Source: a bacterium
GTDB lineage: Bacteria; UBA8248
Direction: 5' to 3'
Length of the DNA: 64,000 nucleotides
Assembly: GCA_965204535.1 (NCBI GenBank)
Contig: CBDBEV010000001.1
Coordinates: 320,001 to 384,000, forward strand
Part shown: piece by piece, positions 59,351-64,000 of the stretch
How positions within the stretch are numbered: the first letter of the stretch is position 1
Layout of the letters: each line of letters opens with the position of its first letter
Made by a program: the position numbers and the translations under genes
Notes under the pieces: model-generated
What the model saw: only the letters and a program-made list of their open reading frames with translations
The model's database searches: none
What the model was told of the DNA's origin: nothing

Positions 59351-60032
59351 GGCGCCTATTCCCTTGTTTCATTCGTTTTTATCGCATCGTATGCTGATGT
59401 TCCGGGTCGTCCGCCAAATACAATACGGCCAAGCCGAAACAGGCGGACATTCCTTCGTGGATTGTATGCCAACGGCCCGGATTCTGGAGGACATATAAAA
59501 TATTCGGCCGGGCAGGCGGGGGGCAGCAATGCCTCCGCCTACCCGGCCTGCCCCCCCAGTAATCATTCTCTCATGGGGTGATGAGCATCAAAAATTCGCC
59601 GACCCAAATCGGATACGCCGTGCCATACTAACAACTGCCTCTGAGCCTTGTGGTATTATCACCCTGCCAACGAACGATTACCCGGTCTTCGACGACTCGC
59701 GCCCCCTGGGATGCTCTGGGGTTGTAATGAGTCCGCTTGCGTTTTGATTACATTTATTTCAAGGAATTTATAACCAGCTTGAAAACAATAATTTAATTTT
59801 TATATTCTGGATATATCGATAAATTCACGGGGTTATTCGATAAATTCCTGAAAATTACCGGCCATGCAAGTGGTTGTAATAAAAAGAGTTGCCATAGAAA
59901 CCTGAGCGTCCCGCACTCAGATATAGCGGCAAAAAAAGTTTTTCGCCGACCCCCGCATTTGCCCGCAACAGCCCGCATTTCCTCCCGCACCGCATCACGC
60001 CGGCAAAGCCTCATTCATCAATCGGAATCGAC

Positions 60033-61013
60033 CTACACACTCACTCCCAGCGCCTTCTTCGCGGCGTCGACGACGTTGGCGGTGTTGGGGAGCACGAAGT
60101 CCTCGAGGCGGGGCTCGAAGGGGATGGGCGCGTCGAGGGCGGCCACGCGGCCGATGGGGGCGTCGAGGTAGTCGAAGGCCTCTTCCTGAACCGCGGCGGA
60201 AATCTCCGAACCCACGCCGCTCCTCAGGTGCCCTTCCTCGACGATGATGCAGCGGTTCGTCTTGCGGACCGATTCGGCGAGCGTGGCGGTGTCGAGCGGG
60301 GCCAGGGTTCTCGGGTCGACCACTTCCGCGCTGATGCCTTCCCCGGCGAGTTCATCCGCCGCCGCCAGGCAGTTGTGCACCTGATAGCCCACGCCGATGA
60401 GGGTGATGTCGCCGCCTTCGCGCTTCACGGCCGCCTGGCCGAAGGGGGTGACGTGCTCTCCCTCGGGAACGGGGCCCTTCATCTTGTAGAGCATCTTGTG
60501 CTCCACCATGAGCACGGGGTTGTCGTCGCGAATCGCCGCGCACATGAGGCCCTTGGCGTCCGCAGGGTCGCTCGGCGCGGCCACCCTGATGCCCGGTATC
60601 TGCATGAACCAGGCCTCCAGACACTGGCTGTGCGTGGGGCCGTACTGCACGCCGCCGCCGCCGGGCGTGCGCACGACGAGGGGCACGCTCAACTGCCCGC
60701 CCAGCATGTAGCGCAGCTTGGCCGCCTGGTTGATGAGCGGGTCCATCGCCAGCATGATGAAGTCCATGAACATGATCTCGACGATGGGCCGGTAGCCCGC
60801 CATGGCGGCGCCCACGCCCGCGCCCACGATGCCGAGTTCGCTGATGGGCGTGTCGCGCACGCGGTCGCGCCCGAATTTCTCCGCGAGGCCCTTCGTCACG
60901 CCGAACACGTAGGCCAGTTCCACGTCCTCGCCCATGACGATCACGCGCTCATCTCTTTCCATCTCCTCGTGATGGGCTTCGGTCAACGCATCCACAAATG
61001 TGATCTCTCGCAT
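60033..61013 (-). CDS. 2-oxoacid/acetoin dehydrogenase E1 beta subunit
   Basis: MGEDV, RVRDTPISE, HSQCLE, DAPIGRV. Confidence 0.95.
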   Translation of the reverse strand: MREITFVDALTEAHHEEMERDERVIVMGEDVELAYVFGVTKGLAEKFGRDRVRDTPISELGIVGAGVGAAMAGYRPIVEIMFMDFIMLAMDPLINQAAKLRYMLGGQLSVPLVVRTPGGGGVQYGPTHSQCLEAWFMQIPGIRVAAPSDPADAKGLMCAAIRDDNPVLMVEHKMLYKMKGPVPEGEHVTPFGQAAVKREGGDITLIGVGYQVHNCLAAADELAGEGISAEVVDPRTLAPLDTATLAESVRKTNRCIIVEEGHLRSGVGSEISAAVQEEAFDYLDAPIGRVAALDAPIPFEPRLEDFVLPNTANVVDAAKKALGVSV

Positions 61014-61067
61014 CTCATTTCTCTCCAGTGTTTTCACCGGGCGCACAGCACCGGGGGATTGGAATTT

Positions 61068-62060
61068 TTACGCGTATACGTCCTCGAGTGCGGATTCGAG
61101 CGTGGCTTCGGGGCTTCCCTCCGCGAAGTCGATGGCGTCGTTGAGCTCCTTGTCCACGGCTTTCAGGTGCGCCTTTTTCTGCGCTTCGGTGAGTTTCAGC
61201 ATGTCGGCCGCGATCGTGAGCGGATCGCGCTTTCGCCACTCGTCCACCTCTTCTTTCGTGCGGTAGGGGCCGAACTGGGGGTCGCCGCGCGAGTGGCCGA
61301 AGAAGCGATACGTCTTCGCCTCGATGAGGCTCGGGCCGCCGCCCTCACGCGCACGGCGCACGGCCTCGGCCGTCGCCTCGTAGACGGCCACGACGTCCAT
61401 GCCGTCCACCGTGAGGCCCGGCGAGTCGTAGCCCTGCGCGCGCACGCTGATGTCCTTGACGGCGGTGGAACGCTCCACGTGGTAGCTCACCGCGTAGTGG
61501 TTGTTCTCGCAGAAGAAGATGACGGGCAGCTTCCAGATGGCGCACAGGTTCATCGACTCGTGAAAACTGCCCTGGTTCGACGCGCCGTCCCCGAAGAAGA
61601 CCACCGCCACGCGGCCCGCGCCTTCGAGCTGATAGGCGAGGCCCATGCCCGTGGCCATCGGCATGTTCGCCCCCACGATGGAGTGCGCGCCGTAGTGGCC
61701 CTTGGAAATATCGGCGATGTGCATGGAGCCGCCGCGCGCCTTGCAGAGCCCCGTGGACTTGCCGAGAAGCTCGGCCATCATCTCGGGCATCCGGGTACCC
61801 TTGGCGATGGAGTGCCCATGGCCCCGGTGGGTGGTGAGGATGGCGTCTTCATCCTCGAGCGCGGTGCAGACGCCGACCGAGCACGCCTCCTGTCCGATGC
61901 TCACGTGGACCGCCCCCTTCACCCGGCCCGCCATGAAGAACTCGTCCGTCTTCTCCTCGAAGCGGCGGATGCGCAGCATGTTGCGGTACATCGCGTTCAG
62001 GTCTTTTTTCGTCAACCTCTTCGGCTTCGCCGATCTGCTCTTCTTCGCCCTGGTGGCCAC
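61068..62060 (-). CDS. 2-oxoacid/acetoin dehydrogenase E1 alpha subunit
   Basis: GQEA, HRGHGH, GGSMH, TPP motif GDGA...ENN, TYRFFGHS. Confidence 0.95.
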   Translation of the reverse strand: MATRAKKSRSAKPKRLTKKDLNAMYRNMLRIRRFEEKTDEFFMAGRVKGAVHVSIGQEACSVGVCTALEDEDAILTTHRGHGHSIAKGTRMPEMMAELLGKSTGLCKARGGSMHIADISKGHYGAHSIVGANMPMATGMGLAYQLEGAGRVAVVFFGDGASNQGSFHESMNLCAIWKLPVIFFCENNHYAVSYHVERSTAVKDISVRAQGYDSPGLTVDGMDVVAVYEATAEAVRRAREGGGPSLIEAKTYRFFGHSRGDPQFGPYRTKEEVDEWRKRDPLTIAADMLKLTEAQKKAHLKAVDKELNDAIDFAEGSPEATLESALEDVYA

Positions 62061-62176
62061 GGCCTCCCCCTCCCGGCGATGACAACGGAATACGCCTTTT
62101 GAAGTATTGCGAGAAAGTGAATTCTAGACTCCCATCACTACCACACGGGGCGGTGGTGGTTCAATCGGCGCAGTGG

Positions 62177-62380
62177 GGGGTTGGTGAAAAAGCCTTTGCC
62201 AAAGGAGCAACCCCCCCTACCCCCCCTTGTCAGGGGGGTATAAAAAGGCGACGCCCGTCGCCGGTAGCTGGGCTTTTGTTTTTTCTTGCCCCCCTGTTAA
62301 GGGGGGGTAGGGGGGGTTGGTTTTCCAGTCGAGAGGATCGTCCCCCCTGCCTCCTGAAAAGGGAACTTTTTCAATACCCC
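62177..62380. repeat. MITE-like element carrying a CCCCCCT/AGGGGGG palindrome
   Basis: TIRs GGGGTTGGTGAAAAAG and CTTTTTCAATACCCC; internal CCCCCCCTACCCCCCCTTGTCAGGGGGG as at 17645 and 25140. Confidence 0.7.
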
Positions 62381-62393
62381 GGTGCGTGATGCC

Positions 62394-63068
62394 TCACGCG
62401 CGCTTCGCCTTGTAGCGCAGGAACAGCTCATCCCCCTCTTGCCGGACCTCGACGAGCGCGAGCCCCAGAAATTCGCCCGAGGGGAACCCCGGCCCGTCCA
62501 TGAGCGTAGGAGCGTCGGAGCCGCCAGCCAGCCAGGGGGTGAGCGTCACGTGAAATTCGTCGATATGACGGGCGAACTCCCATACCAGGGAACCGCCGCC
62601 CTCTATCAGCACGCGCTTCATCCCCCGCTCCCCGAGATGGGCCAGCACCTGTGGCGCGAGGGGTTCCGCCTCATCCAGAACGACGATTTGCGCGCCTCCG
62701 GCCCTGTCTTCTGTGAGGCGGCGCGCGCCCTCAGGCGCCGCGAATATGAGCCGCTTGATCTCATCGGCTTCGAACCAGGGCAGTTTATCGGAAAATTCGC
62801 CGCTTTTCGTAACAAGAGCGTTCGCCGGATGCGGCGGGAGGCCGCGCTCGACGCGTTCGCGGGCAAGGGATTCCTCGCGCACCCTTGCGGGATGCCGCGC
62901 CGTCCTCAGCGTCTCGCCGCCCCATATCACGGCGTCTGCTTTGGCTCTTAAGCGATCCATCTCGAGACGGTCCGCTTTCGAGCCCAGGGAGAAATCCTCG
63001 CGGTCGAAACTTGCGATTTTCCCGTCGAGCGTCACCGCCAGATTCACGTATACGAAGGGTTTGTCCAT
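62394..63068 (-). CDS. RibD C-terminal reductase (DHFR-fold) protein
   Basis: PFVYVNLAVTLDGKI, LRAKADAV.WGGET, VLIEGGG.L. Confidence 0.88.
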   Translation of the reverse strand: MDKPFVYVNLAVTLDGKIASFDREDFSLGSKADRLEMDRLRAKADAVIWGGETLRTARHPARVREESLARERVERGLPPHPANALVTKSGEFSDKLPWFEADEIKRLIFAAPEGARRLTEDRAGGAQIVVLDEAEPLAPQVLAHLGERGMKRVLIEGGGSLVWEFARHIDEFHVTLTPWLAGGSDAPTLMDGPGFPSGEFLGLALVEVRQEGDELFLRYKAKRA

Positions 63069-63176
63069 GAAAATTCTCAACTCAAGGTTGTGGTCTGCCC
63101 GGTTAAGGCAGTAAAGTTTCCTGTCACCTCGTCTTCATGAACGCCGGCATTCATCAGACAAAGGAGAGAAAACACC

Positions 63177-63824
63177 ATGGGTGAATTCGACCAGAGAGTG
63201 GACCTTCCCGCACTCGATTTCCAGAAGCTCAACATCGGCCCCTACAGCAACAACGTGTACGTACTCACATGCAAGGCGACGAAGGAGTGCGTCATCATCG
63301 ACACCTCCCATTCCGCCGAGCCGATTCTCGCCGCGTGCGAAGGCGCCACGCCCAAGTACATTCTACAGACCCATTGCCACGGCGACCACATCGACGCGCT
63401 GGACGAGGTGCGCAGCCGGACGGGCGCGCCCCTGGGCCAGCACGCCGAGGACGCCAAGGAGTTCGGCATCAACCCGGATTTCACCATCGCGGACGGCGAG
63501 GAGATCACTTTCGGCGAGATTACCCTCAAGGCCATCCACACGCCCGGGCATTGCAAGGGCATGCTGATGTTCTACTACCCGGGCCACTGCGTCTGTGGAG
63601 ACACGATTTTCCCCGGCGGCCCCGGCAAGACCTGGAATCACGGGCAACTGCTGACCTCGCTCGATTCCATCGAGAACAAGGTCTTCGCCCTGCCGGATGA
63701 GACGGTGCTCTACCCCGGCCACGGAGCGAACAGCACCGTCGCGCAGAGCAAGGCGGAAGTCGCCGGGTTCCGCGCCGCAGGCCGGCCGGGGCCGGATGAA
63801 TTCGGGGACGTGACCTGGGACTGA
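63177..63824 (+). CDS. MBL-fold metallo-hydrolase (glyoxalase II-like)
   Basis: THCHGDH, HTPGH, GDTIF, YPGHG. Confidence 0.92.
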   Translation: MGEFDQRVDLPALDFQKLNIGPYSNNVYVLTCKATKECVIIDTSHSAEPILAACEGATPKYILQTHCHGDHIDALDEVRSRTGAPLGQHAEDAKEFGINPDFTIADGEEITFGEITLKAIHTPGHCKGMLMFYYPGHCVCGDTIFPGGPGKTWNHGQLLTSLDSIENKVFALPDETVLYPGHGANSTVAQSKAEVAGFRAAGRPGPDEFGDVTWD

Positions 63825-63906
63825 TGGGCGAAAAAGCTACCTGAAATCGGGGCGCGCGATTCCCGTCGCGCGGCTTGGGATGGTTAATTGAAATAGGAGC
63901 CTAGAA

Positions 63907-64000
63907 ATGAGTTCAGCCAGCATCGTATTCGATCACGTGCACGTCATCAGCAAAGACCCCGAGGCGAGCGTGAACTGGTTCGTCGAGAATCTCGGCGGCG
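63907..64000 (+). CDS. VOC/glyoxalase-family protein, 3'-truncated by the window edge
   Basis: RBS AGGAG; FDHVHVISKDPEASVNWFVENLGG. Confidence 0.7.
   Translation, partial: MSSASIVFDHVHVISKDPEASVNWFVENLGG

Overview
High-GC bacterial window, mostly accessory DNA. Its gene content (Fn3/cadherin/Calx-beta autotransporter, TbpB-like lipoproteins, fused kinase-regulator, tandem integrases) resembles host-associated or marine symbiont genomes; that is an inference. 1-17.2 kb is a cell-surface and secretion region: a beta-barrel-hydrolase fusion, a TbpB-like lipoprotein, a tRNA 3' fragment, and a fused GAF-PAS-HK-REC-OmpR regulator. Divergent from the regulator are four paralogous small Cys-rich secreted proteins that bracket a TolC / PAS-fused MFP / MacB-type ABC exporter, followed by lnt and mipA. 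17.3-25.5 kb is a 1967-aa autotransporter adhesin between two mosaic REP/MITE repeat fields. About 25.5-60 kb is a decayed integrative mobilizable island. It holds tandem tyrosine integrases, IHF, a MOBF relaxase, leading-region-like genes with a large hairpin, IS1182, IS256 remnants, an AbiEi/AbiEii pair, an exact tandem dimer of an IS66-DUF4338 element, scrambled surface-gene fragments, a frameshifted TbpB-like gene, and a Cre-like recombinase preceded by two oppositely oriented palindromic sites. 60-64 kb is housekeeping: E1 alpha/beta, RibD-like reductase, MBL hydrolase and the start of a VOC gene. Best candidates for new biology are the Cys-rich protein plus PAS-MFP export locus, the IS66-DUF4338 dimer with a recurring target motif, and the possible invertible promoter. 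Family names come from motif recognition; no database searches were run.
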